A program made the translations under genes and the position numbers. 64,000 nt of DNA, taken from the NCBI GenBank assembly GCA_965261595.1, contig CBDHDG010000007.1, positions 288,001 to 352,000 of the forward strand. Reading direction: 5' to 3'. Under the pieces are notes generated by a model that saw nothing but the letters and a program-made list of their open reading frames with translations, was not told the DNA's origin and ran no database searches. The DNA is from a bacterium. Its GTDB lineage: Bacteria; UBA8248; JACPRG01; G963555815. Below, one piece after another: positions 8,413-17,398 of the stretch (its first letter is position 1; each line of letters opens with the position of its first letter).

Positions 8413-8441
8413 ACGTTACCCCAGGAGGTAACACTTGTCAA
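8413..8441 (-). promoter_or_regulatory. Sigma70 promoter with overlapping palindromic operator
   Basis: TTGACA-N17-TAACGT; GTTACC-N6-GGTAAC inverted repeat at 8415-8432. Confidence 0.7.
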
Positions 8442-8477
8442 GAATCAATCACCGAAAGAGAAACGCTCTTCCCGCCC

Positions 8478-8509
8478 GCATAACGCTCAAGCTCAGCGGC
8501 GGCGCGTAG
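8478..8509 (-). repeat. attC right half at array boundary
   Basis: CTACGCGCCGCCGCTGAGCTTGAGC-GTTATGC. Confidence 0.65.
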
Positions 8510-8594
8510 ATCACTCTCTCAAGCCCGGGAAAGGATGGTTGTAAATCAAGAAAAAACTCTCTATTTTCCCAGGTCCATCCCGCGCTCCCGGCCC

Positions 8595-9767
8595 TCACCC
8601 GCACACGGGAAAATGGAACGGATACCGGTGAAGGGACTCCCCCCCGCCGGGTTTGACGACGACGGCCGCGCCGAGTTGAAGGCCGGCCTTTCCGTCCGGC
8701 GTCATGGGGTTGGGCTGGATGACGACGACCATGTTCTCCGCCAGCGTGAACGGCTCGAAGGCGTGGTTGGAGCCGCGCGTGCCCAGCTCCGGATTGCGGC
8801 CCCCCTCGCCGTGGAACAGGATGTCGAGAATGGGATAGCCTTTGTCCTCTGTCATCCGCGATGAAACCTCGACGATCTCCTCGCTCGTGGCGCCGGGTCG
8901 CGTGACCTCCCGGACGGCTTCGTAGCACTCCAGCGCCACATCGAAGAGCTCCCGGTAAACCGGCGTCGGCTCGGCGGCCACGGCGAAGGGCCGGTGGATC
9001 TGCGTGACGTATCCCCAATAGGTGATGGTGATCTCCATAATAACGGCGTCCCCCTTCTCCAACTTCCTGGGCGTGAGGAACTGCCACGGCACAGGGCGCT
9101 CCGGGTTCTCCATCGGGGTGGTGGACACAAAGTGGATGCCCATGTGGCCCGACTCGGGCAGGAAGGCGCTGTGGATGACGGCGCTCAGGTCATACTCCGA
9201 GAGTCCGGGGCGGATTTCCCGCTCCAGGGCCTCGCAGGTCAGGTCGGAGAGCCGGCCGCTTTCGCGGAGCCACGCCAGCTCCTCCTCGCCGCGGATGATC
9301 CGGATCCGGTTATATGGCCCGGCCAGATCGGCGAACTCGGCGTCCGGCGCTTCCGCTTTCAGGGTCTCGAACTGGCTGTGGGGGATCGAATTTCCCAGGC
9401 CGATCACACCGATCCTCGCCGACCCCAGCCCCCGCTCCTTGAGATTTTCCGCCACGGCCTTTCCGGGATTCGGATGGGAGCACCGGACGTCCTCCACCAA
9501 GGACAGGGTCCGGGTGCACGCGATGTGGTTGTAGAAGTGCAGGAACAGCGTCGAGGGGCCTTCCAGGGGGAAGACCAGCCAGGCGGGCCGGGCGGGAATG
9601 TAATGGCTGAGATAGTGGACCGCCGAGCCCATGGCGCTGGTCCCGTGGACGACGAGGGCTTCGACGCCTTCGGTCCGCATCATGTCCCGGACGAGACCGA
9701 AGCGGCGCCGGTGTTCCGCGCCGGAAAACCTGGGATAGGGACCGCCGCCCCAGCCGGGGCCGCTCAT
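8595..9767 (-). CDS. M24 (Xaa-Pro peptidase/creatinase) family protein
   Basis: Creatinase-like N-domain (FSGAEHRRR, HYLS); pita-bread fold region (IRPGLSE, LEKGD, RPGAT); start at MSGPG. Confidence 0.8.
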   Translation of the reverse strand: MSGPGWGGGPYPRFSGAEHRRRFGLVRDMMRTEGVEALVVHGTSAMGSAVHYLSHYIPARPAWLVFPLEGPSTLFLHFYNHIACTRTLSLVEDVRCSHPNPGKAVAENLKERGLGSARIGVIGLGNSIPHSQFETLKAEAPDAEFADLAGPYNRIRIIRGEEELAWLRESGRLSDLTCEALEREIRPGLSEYDLSAVIHSAFLPESGHMGIHFVSTTPMENPERPVPWQFLTPRKLEKGDAVIMEITITYWGYVTQIHRPFAVAAEPTPVYRELFDVALECYEAVREVTRPGATSEEIVEVSSRMTEDKGYPILDILFHGEGGRNPELGTRGSNHAFEPFTLAENMVVVIQPNPMTPDGKAGLQLGAAVVVKPGGGESLHRYPFHFPVCG

Positions 9768-9828
9768 CGATGGGTCCAAAACTCGCTTCCTTCTGAGTGG
9801 CGGGGATTGGAAGAGATTCTTCCTTGTG

Positions 9829-10194
9829 CTAGTCCTCCGGCGGCCAATAACCCTTGTAAGACGTGTCCGTCCCGTTGAGCCACGCCCGCGTGCCGAGGCC
9901 AATGATGGAGCTTTCATGAAAACTCCACAGATGCATTTCGTAAGTCTTGAGACCCCGGACGTGGAAGGGATCTTTCTCGACGATCGCCCGGGCCTCTTCC
10001 TCCGTCTCGGTGAACAGAACGTAAAACCCCACCGGGTCGCGGCCGGGGGCGAGCTCTCCCAGCGGACCCGCCGCGAAGAGCTTTCCCGCATGCTCGGACT
10101 CGAACTGAAATTTCAGGTGACCTTTGAGGCTTTGATCGGCCTGTTCGGGACTCACGCCCGGGACCGGCTTGGACAAAATCCAATAAAGCGGCAT
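9829..10194 (-). CDS. YciI/muconolactone isomerase-like protein
   Basis: HLKF...GKLFAAGP...EEARAIVEKDPFH. Confidence 0.8.
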   Translation of the reverse strand: MPLYWILSKPVPGVSPEQADQSLKGHLKFQFESEHAGKLFAAGPLGELAPGRDPVGFYVLFTETEEEARAIVEKDPFHVRGLKTYEMHLWSFHESSIIGLGTRAWLNGTDTSYKGYWPPED

Positions 10195-10422
10195 GTTGTG
10201 CGTCTCCTCGACATGGGAACCGGCGATGCGCCGGCGTGAGCGCCCCGCCTATGAACCGGACTCCGAGGGTTCTATCCCAACACCCCAAGACCCTTTCCAT
10301 CAGATTCAACCCGATTTTCGCGCGAAAGATAGAGTCGCGTAAAGCCTCCGCGCGCGACCGGACGGCCGCCCCGGCGACGGACCCGGCCCACCCGGACCCG
10401 GGATAGGACGCGGAGGGGAGGG

Positions 10423-11448
10423 TCAGGCGTTGCCGCTGAACTTCGGCCTTCCGGCCACGTAGCCGTTCTCCTCGAACCACCGGGCGGCGTCGCTCAGGGC
10501 GGTCTCGGGAGGGGTCTGCTGAAAGCCCAGCTCCCGGACGGCTTTGTCCGATTTGTAGAACATGTAATGGGCCGCGTGGCGAACGGCGGAGAGCGGGATG
10601 AGCGGCTGGCGGCGGGTTACGTATCTGGAGACGGCTTCGTTGACGTGGGCCATCAAAAGGGCAAGGCGGTGGGGAATCCGGATTCTCGGGGCGCGCTTGC
10701 CCAGGATGTCCGCCAGCAGGCCTAAAATCTCTTTCAACGTCAGATTGGCGTTCCCCAGGATGTAGCGCTCGCCGGGTTTCCCCCGCTCCATGGCCAGAAC
10801 GTGGCCGCGGCACACGTCCCGCACGTCCACCAGGTTGAGGCCAGTGTCCAGATAGGCCGGCATCTTTCCCTTCTGAAAATCCAGAATGATTCGGCCCGTG
10901 GGGGTCGGCTTCACGTCCCCCGGACCGACGGGGGCGCTGGGGTTGACGACGACGACCGGAAACCCTTCCGCGCTCACGGCCAGGGCCTCTTTCTCGCCCA
11001 GGTATTTCGTTTTTCGGTATTGCCCCTCCAGCGCGTCCACCCCCGGGTCCGAAGACTCGTCCAGGGGCGTTCCATCCGGAGAATTCCCCAACACCGCGAC
11101 CGAGCTGCAGTGAACGGCCTTTTCCACCCCCGCGTCCCTGGCCGCTTCCAACACGGCCCGCGTTCCCCGGACGTTGACGGCGAACATCCGCTCCGGGTCG
11201 GGAACCCAGAGGCGGTAATCGGCGGCGACGTGATAGAGCCGCTCGCAGCCCTCAATGGCCGGACGGAGCCGCTCCGGGGAGGTCAGGTCCCCCTCGACCC
11301 ACTCCAGCCGGTCCCCCGGCAGATCAGCCAGGTGCGCCCGGAGGCTGCCCGGCCGGATCAGCGCCCGGACCGTGTGGCCCTCCGAGACGAGGAGGCGGAC
11401 GAGATTGGCCCCGACGAAACCGGAGGCGCCTGTGACAAATATCTTCAA
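10423..11448 (-). CDS. hpnA: Hopanoid-associated sugar epimerase HpnA (extended SDR)
   Basis: TGASGFVG, HVAADYRLW, YRKTK, GDVKPTPTG; adjacent to hpnH. Confidence 0.9.
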   Translation of the reverse strand: MKIFVTGASGFVGANLVRLLVSEGHTVRALIRPGSLRAHLADLPGDRLEWVEGDLTSPERLRPAIEGCERLYHVAADYRLWVPDPERMFAVNVRGTRAVLEAARDAGVEKAVHCSSVAVLGNSPDGTPLDESSDPGVDALEGQYRKTKYLGEKEALAVSAEGFPVVVVNPSAPVGPGDVKPTPTGRIILDFQKGKMPAYLDTGLNLVDVRDVCRGHVLAMERGKPGERYILGNANLTLKEILGLLADILGKRAPRIRIPHRLALLMAHVNEAVSRYVTRRQPLIPLSAVRHAAHYMFYKSDKAVRELGFQQTPPETALSDAARWFEENGYVAGRPKFSGNA

Positions 11449-11504
11449 TTCAGGATTTCAGGCGTGAAGGCGATTCAGTACGGATAGCGATATGAAAAGA
11501 CAGG

Positions 11505-12650
11505 TCACCCGACACCGGCGGTCTCGCGGTCCAGGACTTCTTTTCGCTTCACCTGGATGCTGAGCTCTTTGACCTGTTTTTCATACCGGTACTCGGCGGA
11601 CCGGGCGCCATCCAACGGGATCTCGGGCGCCATGGGTCCATCGGTCCGGATGCCGCGGAAGGCGACCTTCATCGCATGGAGCGGGTTGGACAGGGTGTCC
11701 GTAACGGCCGTGGCCTCGTATCCGCAGTGGGCCATGCAATCGGCGCATTTCTCGTAATTGCCGGTGCCGTACGCCTCCCACTCAGTTTCCTCCATCAACT
11801 CCCGAAAGGTGGGAACGAAGCCCTCGCCGAGGAGGTAGCACGGCTTCTGCCAGCCGAAGATGTTGTACGTCGGGTTCCCCCACGGGGTGCAATGGTACTG
11901 CTGATTCCCGGCCAGGAAATCGAGATAGAGGGTCGAATGGCTGAAACGCCATTTCCGTCCTTTTCCGTGCCGGAAGATTTCCCGGAACAGGTTCTTGGTT
12001 TTTTGCCGGTTGAGGAAATGCTCCTGGTCCGGCGCCCGCTCGTAGGCGTAGCCCGGCGAAACGGTGATGGAATCAACCCCCATCTCCATCACCGAGTCGA
12101 AGAATTCGGCCACGTTTTCCGGATCAGTTCCGTCAAAAAAGGTGCAGTTGACGTTGGCGCGGAACCCCTGCTTGCGGACCTCCTCGATGACCGCCACCAC
12201 CTTGTCGTACACACCGTCCTGACAAACCGATGCGTCATGGTGCTCCCGGTCGCCGTCCAGGTGGAGGGAAAACGTGAGGTATGGGCTGGGCGTGAAGAGG
12301 TGAAGCTTTTTTTCCAGCAACAGGGCGTTGGTGCACAGGTAAACAAACTTCTTCCGCGCGACGATGCCCGCCACAATCTCGTCGATGTCCTTGTGAATCA
12401 GCGGCTCGCCGCCGGGGATGGAAACGATGGGCGCTCCGCATTCATCGACCGCCTTCAGACATTCCTCGACGCTGAGCCGCATGTTGAGGATGTCGCCCGG
12501 GTAGTCAATCTTTCCGCATCCGGCGCAGGCCAGGTTGCACCGGAAGAGGGGCTCCAGCATCAGCACCAGGGGATACTTCTTGTTCCCTTGAATGCGCTGC
12601 TTGAGGATATAGGCGCCAACGCGAATTTGCTGTATCAGCGGGACCGACAC
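11505..12650 (-). CDS. hpnH: Adenosyl-hopene transferase HpnH (radical SAM)
   Basis: YPLVLMLEPLFRCNLACAGC, CTPWGNPT, CADCMAHCGYE. Confidence 0.96.
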   Translation of the reverse strand: MSVPLIQQIRVGAYILKQRIQGNKKYPLVLMLEPLFRCNLACAGCGKIDYPGDILNMRLSVEECLKAVDECGAPIVSIPGGEPLIHKDIDEIVAGIVARKKFVYLCTNALLLEKKLHLFTPSPYLTFSLHLDGDREHHDASVCQDGVYDKVVAVIEEVRKQGFRANVNCTFFDGTDPENVAEFFDSVMEMGVDSITVSPGYAYERAPDQEHFLNRQKTKNLFREIFRHGKGRKWRFSHSTLYLDFLAGNQQYHCTPWGNPTYNIFGWQKPCYLLGEGFVPTFRELMEETEWEAYGTGNYEKCADCMAHCGYEATAVTDTLSNPLHAMKVAFRGIRTDGPMAPEIPLDGARSAEYRYEKQVKELSIQVKRKEVLDRETAGVG

Positions 12651-12798
12651 GGCCGGGTTCCTGAATGAAAGAGGCCAACAGCAACGAACAACCGGGAATT
12701 CGAGGATTCAACGGGGGGCTATCGTGAACCCCAACTGCCGGAGCGCGCGGTTCAAGGGGTTTGCGCCGCCTGCCAGTTTCGCCGTAAACGTTGAATTC

Positions 12799-12827
12799 AT
12801 GTTAATTGGGCATCGCGATGTTGTCAA
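12799..12827 (-). promoter_or_regulatory. Sigma70 promoter for hpnH-hpnA
   Basis: TTGACA-N17-TAACAT. Confidence 0.55.
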
Positions 12828-12876
12828 CTGAAACGCCGGGGACCGTCAATGGACTTGGGTCCCGATCCGGCCCGCG

Positions 12877-13968
12877 CTATCTCAAATCGAACTGACTGCC
12901 CAGGGAAAAGTAAAGACTGAAATCCGCGTCCACGGCCGCCGAGTTCTTGAAGTTCTGGACGATCCCGAATTGGGCCAGCCAGCCCTGTCTAAACGCCCAT
13001 TTGGCGCCCAGGTTGATTTCATAGCTCCGGTCCGTCAACGGCCGGACACTCAGCACGATGTTCGGATCCGCCGACTCCTCGGCGTCCAGATCCATCAATC
13101 CCCCCACAATCTTCAATTGACCGCCGATGGACCACTCCGCGCTGAGCAGCCGTTCCAGAGAAAAATGGCCGTAGAGAATGGGGTCGGGCTTCAAGCGCGG
13201 GGTTTGAAAAGGGTTGCCGGGGAGTGTTACGCCACCACCGACGGATACGCTCCACCGTCCCCAAATCTTCTGGATCGCCACGCCGGCGGCTCCGTCGAAT
13301 TCCCCGCTCCCGTGTAGGTCACTGAATTCTCCGGTTGGAAACTTGACGGCCAGTCGGAGCGAGACGGCCGGGATCCAGAAGGTTTCCTGAAAGACCTGAA
13401 ACAGGCCCTCCAAGGAAACATCCCCGACGCCGAAAGTGTCTTCTCTCACGTCGATTTCCGTCGTCCCGCCGTCAATCAGCCGAATGTCGACCTGATTCGC
13501 CGTTTCAGCCTCCCGGTCGCCCCGGATCCTGTCGATGGAACGCTCGACCGCCTCGATGAACCCATCCAGGAACCCACCATGGATATAAACGATCGGAACA
13601 TTCACCCCGAGGGTCAGGCGTCGGGTGAGACCATATTTGAATCTTCCGGTCACGCGCGTCATCTCGGCGTCGGCCTTGAAGAATGGTTCCTTCCCCGTAT
13701 CGTCCAACAGGGTGTTGGTCTCCGTGACGTCCAAGCGCACCTGGAGCCGCCCTTTCCGGAGCGCATAGGCCCTTTCCGGCGTAAATCCAAAGAAAAGGAG
13801 ATGAATGGGCTGAAGGTTCCGGATGGGAAGCGGGCCCAGAATTTCCCGAGGATCCATCAACTCGGCTTGACTGGATGTCATCCGGTCGGATTGAGCGGAG
13901 CCCTTTTTCTCGGCGGCGGCGCAAACCGCGGCCACCAGCAGGACACCGGCCGCCACGCCAATCCACAT
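12877..13968 (-). CDS. Outer-membrane beta-barrel, DUF3187-like
   Basis: Signal peptide; PLPIRNLQP, GGFLDGFIE, GVGDVSL, KFPTG...GSG motifs; amphipathic strands. Confidence 0.7.
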   Translation of the reverse strand: MWIGVAAGVLLVAAVCAAAEKKGSAQSDRMTSSQAELMDPREILGPLPIRNLQPIHLLFFGFTPERAYALRKGRLQVRLDVTETNTLLDDTGKEPFFKADAEMTRVTGRFKYGLTRRLTLGVNVPIVYIHGGFLDGFIEAVERSIDRIRGDREAETANQVDIRLIDGGTTEIDVREDTFGVGDVSLEGLFQVFQETFWIPAVSLRLAVKFPTGEFSDLHGSGEFDGAAGVAIQKIWGRWSVSVGGGVTLPGNPFQTPRLKPDPILYGHFSLERLLSAEWSIGGQLKIVGGLMDLDAEESADPNIVLSVRPLTDRSYEINLGAKWAFRQGWLAQFGIVQNFKNSAAVDADFSLYFSLGSQFDLR

Positions 13969-14313
13969 CCGCAATCCGGCAAACACCCAATTCGGGCGAC
14001 ACAAAAACGGCAACACATCTCTCCCAGAGAGAACCAATTAAAAATCCTTAAGGTATTACTTGAGTATAAAAGCCCCCACAACCCTTTGTCAACACAAGGG
14101 TTATCGAATCGTTCTCCATCTTTGTCGGGCTGTCTTAGAGGTTATCTCATCGGAGTCGCCTTGCAAGCGATTTCTTCAACGGCGTATAATCCGATTTCAA
14201 GATAAACATTTCCGGCACATTCTGATTTCGATCCCCTCGAAACGGGAAAAAACGGACCGGATTTTGCACTTTTTATCCGCCCGTCGACGAAATGCGTTTG
14301 AGCAGGACGTTTC

Positions 14314-15744
14314 ATGCGGTGGAATGCCGATCTGTATGCGAGGCCTAGGGTGCGCAATAAAATCCGGGTTTTGGGCTGGACGTTGGGTTTGGCCGTTTGG
14401 CTTTCAGTCGGATGTGCGGGTTTGTCTTCACTGCACGCGGAAACGTCCCAGCCCCTCCCCCCCCTGAAGAAAAGCCCTCAGCAACCGCAACTGCTGGTTC
14501 TCAGTCCACAGACCAAGCCGCCGGCCCTGCCATCCTCCTTGAACTTGTTGATGCACGCCCAGTTCCAACCGTCCACCCTGCGCCGGCGACCTGAAATAAA
14601 AGAAGAAAATGGCCGGACCCGGCCGCTGTTTCTCCCATTGCCGGCCATTGCCTCGAATCCGAACAAGGGGGTGGATTTCGGCATCCTTCCCGTCGTTCTG
14701 TTTTTCGACAAGGAGAACAGCGGCCGGATTAAGAACATCCTGGCGCCCTCGCTGATTTTCAATACGGAGACCGGTCTGAAAGGGGCCTTTCGCTGGCTGG
14801 GTTATCTGCCAAAGGGCGCGAAGTACCAACTCATCGCCATTCAATCCATCGATGTGGATTCGGATTACATCGCGGAGATTCAGGCCCCCCGGATTGGGCC
14901 AAACGACCGTTTCGCCGCCGCCACGGGGGTCCGCTTTGAACGAGACCCAACGAAGGTGTTTTACGGCTTTGGACCGGACAGCCGGAAGGGAGGCAAGTCG
15001 GGCTTGATCCAACGGCAATACCTTGCCTCTTTGAGCGCTGGGATTAACCTCCTTGAACATTTCCGGGTCAGCTACAACGAGCGGCTGCGCGTCGCGCTCA
15101 TTGAGGACGGCGGGGGCTCGCAGGACCCGTTTATCGGCGACACCTTCCCGGGCGCTTCGGGGGTTCGCACGTGGAGCACCATCTCGGCCCGGGGATTGAG
15201 CGTATTGTTCGACACCCGCGATTCAGGGGCCACGCCGACGCGGGGATATTTCGGGATGGTGGGCATTGAAATCTCACAACAAGCGCTCGGAAGCGAACAA
15301 TCTTTCACACGGGTTTACGGTGAGGCCAAGGCCTTCATCCCCTGGCCCAACACGCAGTGGATCAGCGCGGTGCGGGTTTTTAGCAGTTTCATTGATAACG
15401 GCGGCGTCCCTCACTATGAGCAAAGCGTTCTGGGCGGAAAGGATTTTCGAGGATTTCCCAGCGGCCGCTTTGTAGACCGGGGGGTTTTCACCGTCAACCT
15501 GGAAGAAAGAATCCAGGTGATTCGCTTGGAGCTTCTTCGGGTCCCCTTTGACGTGGAAGCGGCCCCGTTCGTCGAGTTCGGCCAAGTCTTCAACGATCTG
15601 GCAGACATCGAAGCCCGGCGGCTTCAGGTGTCTTATGGCTTGGGTATTCGGGCGGTGGTTCGGCCGGACGTTGTGGGAAAGATAGACATTGGAGTGGCCG
15701 ACGAAGGATTAAATATCCGCGTGGGATTGGATTATCCCTTCTAA
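14314..15744 (+). CDS. Omp85/BamA-TamA-like barrel protein without obvious POTRA domains
   Basis: FDTRD, LGG-FRGF-GRF motif, C-terminal DYPF; start uncertain. Confidence 0.75.
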   Translation: MRWNADLYARPRVRNKIRVLGWTLGLAVWLSVGCAGLSSLHAETSQPLPPLKKSPQQPQLLVLSPQTKPPALPSSLNLLMHAQFQPSTLRRRPEIKEENGRTRPLFLPLPAIASNPNKGVDFGILPVVLFFDKENSGRIKNILAPSLIFNTETGLKGAFRWLGYLPKGAKYQLIAIQSIDVDSDYIAEIQAPRIGPNDRFAAATGVRFERDPTKVFYGFGPDSRKGGKSGLIQRQYLASLSAGINLLEHFRVSYNERLRVALIEDGGGSQDPFIGDTFPGASGVRTWSTISARGLSVLFDTRDSGATPTRGYFGMVGIEISQQALGSEQSFTRVYGEAKAFIPWPNTQWISAVRVFSSFIDNGGVPHYEQSVLGGKDFRGFPSGRFVDRGVFTVNLEERIQVIRLELLRVPFDVEAAPFVEFGQVFNDLADIEARRLQVSYGLGIRAVVRPDVVGKIDIGVADEGLNIRVGLDYPF

Positions 15745-16344
15745 GCCTGTTTGAAACTGTCATGGCGGCCGGGGTTGAAAGGCCCGAACGGGGGCGGGGA
15801 AGAAGGGGGGCCGCGTTTCCGTGACACCCGGTCATTACGGTGTGGTCAGTTTCCCGCCCACCCTGAAATACTCCCCAAAAGATCGTGGACGCGCTAACGG
15901 TCATCACAATCCGTCTCGTTAGCCTTGTAGGCGGGATGAAACCGCTGCGTCCTCTCTTGAGCGCCGGATAGCCATCGTTCTTGCGCTCCTCCCGGCCTTC
16001 ATCCACCTCACCCGACTCGTGCGGCCGGGGCGTCTTCCCGGAGCCGTCCTCGCCGTGACCCGCGGGACGCCGCCTATCACCCCTCCACCGAACCCGCCGC
16101 GTTCGAGCGGCTCTGGGCCGGAGGGGAGCTGATCCTGTTAATCACCAGATGGGGAGATTCCGCCCGGGAGCTGCTTTTCCGCTATCCGGAGCGGACCCGC
16201 GTGATCGCCGTTAATGACAGCGCCTGGGTTCTCGCCAATGGTGGCTGACACCGCTTCCGTTGGCCGGGCCGGCGGGATGCGCTATGATCCTCATTGCTTT
16301 CCCTGTCCTCACAGGGAATTTCATTCGCCTGATGGAGAAAGTTC

Positions 16345-17328
16345 GTGGCGGAAGTCGGCCCTTTGCTCGAAAAGTTTCCGGAGTGCCGCGTCCTGGTCGT
16401 CGGCGACTTGATGGCAGACAAGTACGTCTGGACGAAAGCGCACTCCCCGCCGTCCCAGCGGACCCCCATCCTGAAATCCACCCGGGAAGATTACGCATTG
16501 GGCGGCGCCGCGAACGTGGCGCATAACCTGATCGCCTTCGGCGCCGAGGTCTACCTGTGCGGCCTGGTCGGCTACGACGACGCCGCTCACTGGTTCCGGC
16601 GGAGTTGCAACGAGGCCGGGATCAAGACGAGCGGCGTCTTTCCCGTGAGCGACCGGCCGACGACCCAGAAAGTCCGGGTGATGTCGGCCGACGGATCCTC
16701 GCCCCTCATCCGCCTCGATTACGAGGTCACGGACCCGCCCACCGACCTGGAAACCGCCTCGATGCGGACGTACATCGAGCACTACCTGCCCCTGGTGGAC
16801 GCTGTCGTCCTCTCCGATTACGACAAGGGCATTTTCGGACACGTGACCTTTGCCCGCGAGATTCTCGATAGAGCGCGGGAACTCGAGAAGTTCACGGTCG
16901 TCGAATCCAAGGCCCATCTGTTCAAAGAGATCCGAGGCGCCCGGCTTGTGATCCTGAGCGACGACCAAGCCGAGACCTATTTCCTGAAGGAGGCGGGGTC
17001 GGTGCCCATGGAGACCGAGACAATCGGTTTCCGGGTCCGGGGGATGCTCGGGTGCGAAGTCCTGGCCATCCTGCGGGCGGACCGGGAGCTCTGGGTCTTC
17101 TACGCCGAAGACGGCGAGGAGCGATACACGGTCGTCTCGATCGACGATGACAAGGTCTTGGACCCCACCGGCGTCAAAGACACGGTGACCGGGACCTTGG
17201 CGCTGGGATTCGTCGCCGGGGCGGACATCCGGCAGGCTGCGCATCTGGCCATCCGGGCCGCCGAGGCGGTCGTCCAGCGGGTGGGAACCGCAACCGTCAG
17301 GCTGGAGGAGCTCCTCCGCATCCTGTGA
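16345..17328 (+). CDS. PfkB-family kinase, RfaE/HldA heptose-kinase-like
   Basis: VVGDLMAD, LGGAANVA, RPTTQKVR, LSDYDKG, DPTGVKDT, VGTA. Confidence 0.8.
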   Translation: MAEVGPLLEKFPECRVLVVGDLMADKYVWTKAHSPPSQRTPILKSTREDYALGGAANVAHNLIAFGAEVYLCGLVGYDDAAHWFRRSCNEAGIKTSGVFPVSDRPTTQKVRVMSADGSSPLIRLDYEVTDPPTDLETASMRTYIEHYLPLVDAVVLSDYDKGIFGHVTFAREILDRARELEKFTVVESKAHLFKEIRGARLVILSDDQAETYFLKEAGSVPMETETIGFRVRGMLGCEVLAILRADRELWVFYAEDGEERYTVVSIDDDKVLDPTGVKDTVTGTLALGFVAGADIRQAAHLAIRAAEAVVQRVGTATVRLEELLRIL

Positions 17329-17398
17329 CGCCGGCCGGAGGAGAGAAGGCCCCGAGCCGCGTCGCCGACGGAGATCGACAGGGGAGAATCGCGAACCG

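Larger units (their letters stand above)
3363..8509 (-). mobile_element. Integron gene-cassette array lacking an integrase (CALIN)
   Basis: Co-oriented short ORFs separated by RYYYAAC...GTTRRRY-bounded imperfect palindromes (3685-3744, 5308-5404, 6059-6147, 6678-6791, degenerate 7653-7736, half-sites 5058-5110 and 8478-8509); visibly more AT-rich than flanks; no intI in window. Confidence 0.88.

Noticed and set aside
3685..8509. Recurrent short palindromes considered as a CRISPR array
   Set aside because: They differ in sequence and length, are separated by whole genes, and no cas genes are present; they fit attC sites.
15745..16250. Possible IS end and a gene C-terminal remnant (…AFERLWAGGELILLIT…VLANGG*)
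   Set aside because: No partner inverted repeat and no intact frame; too weak to name.
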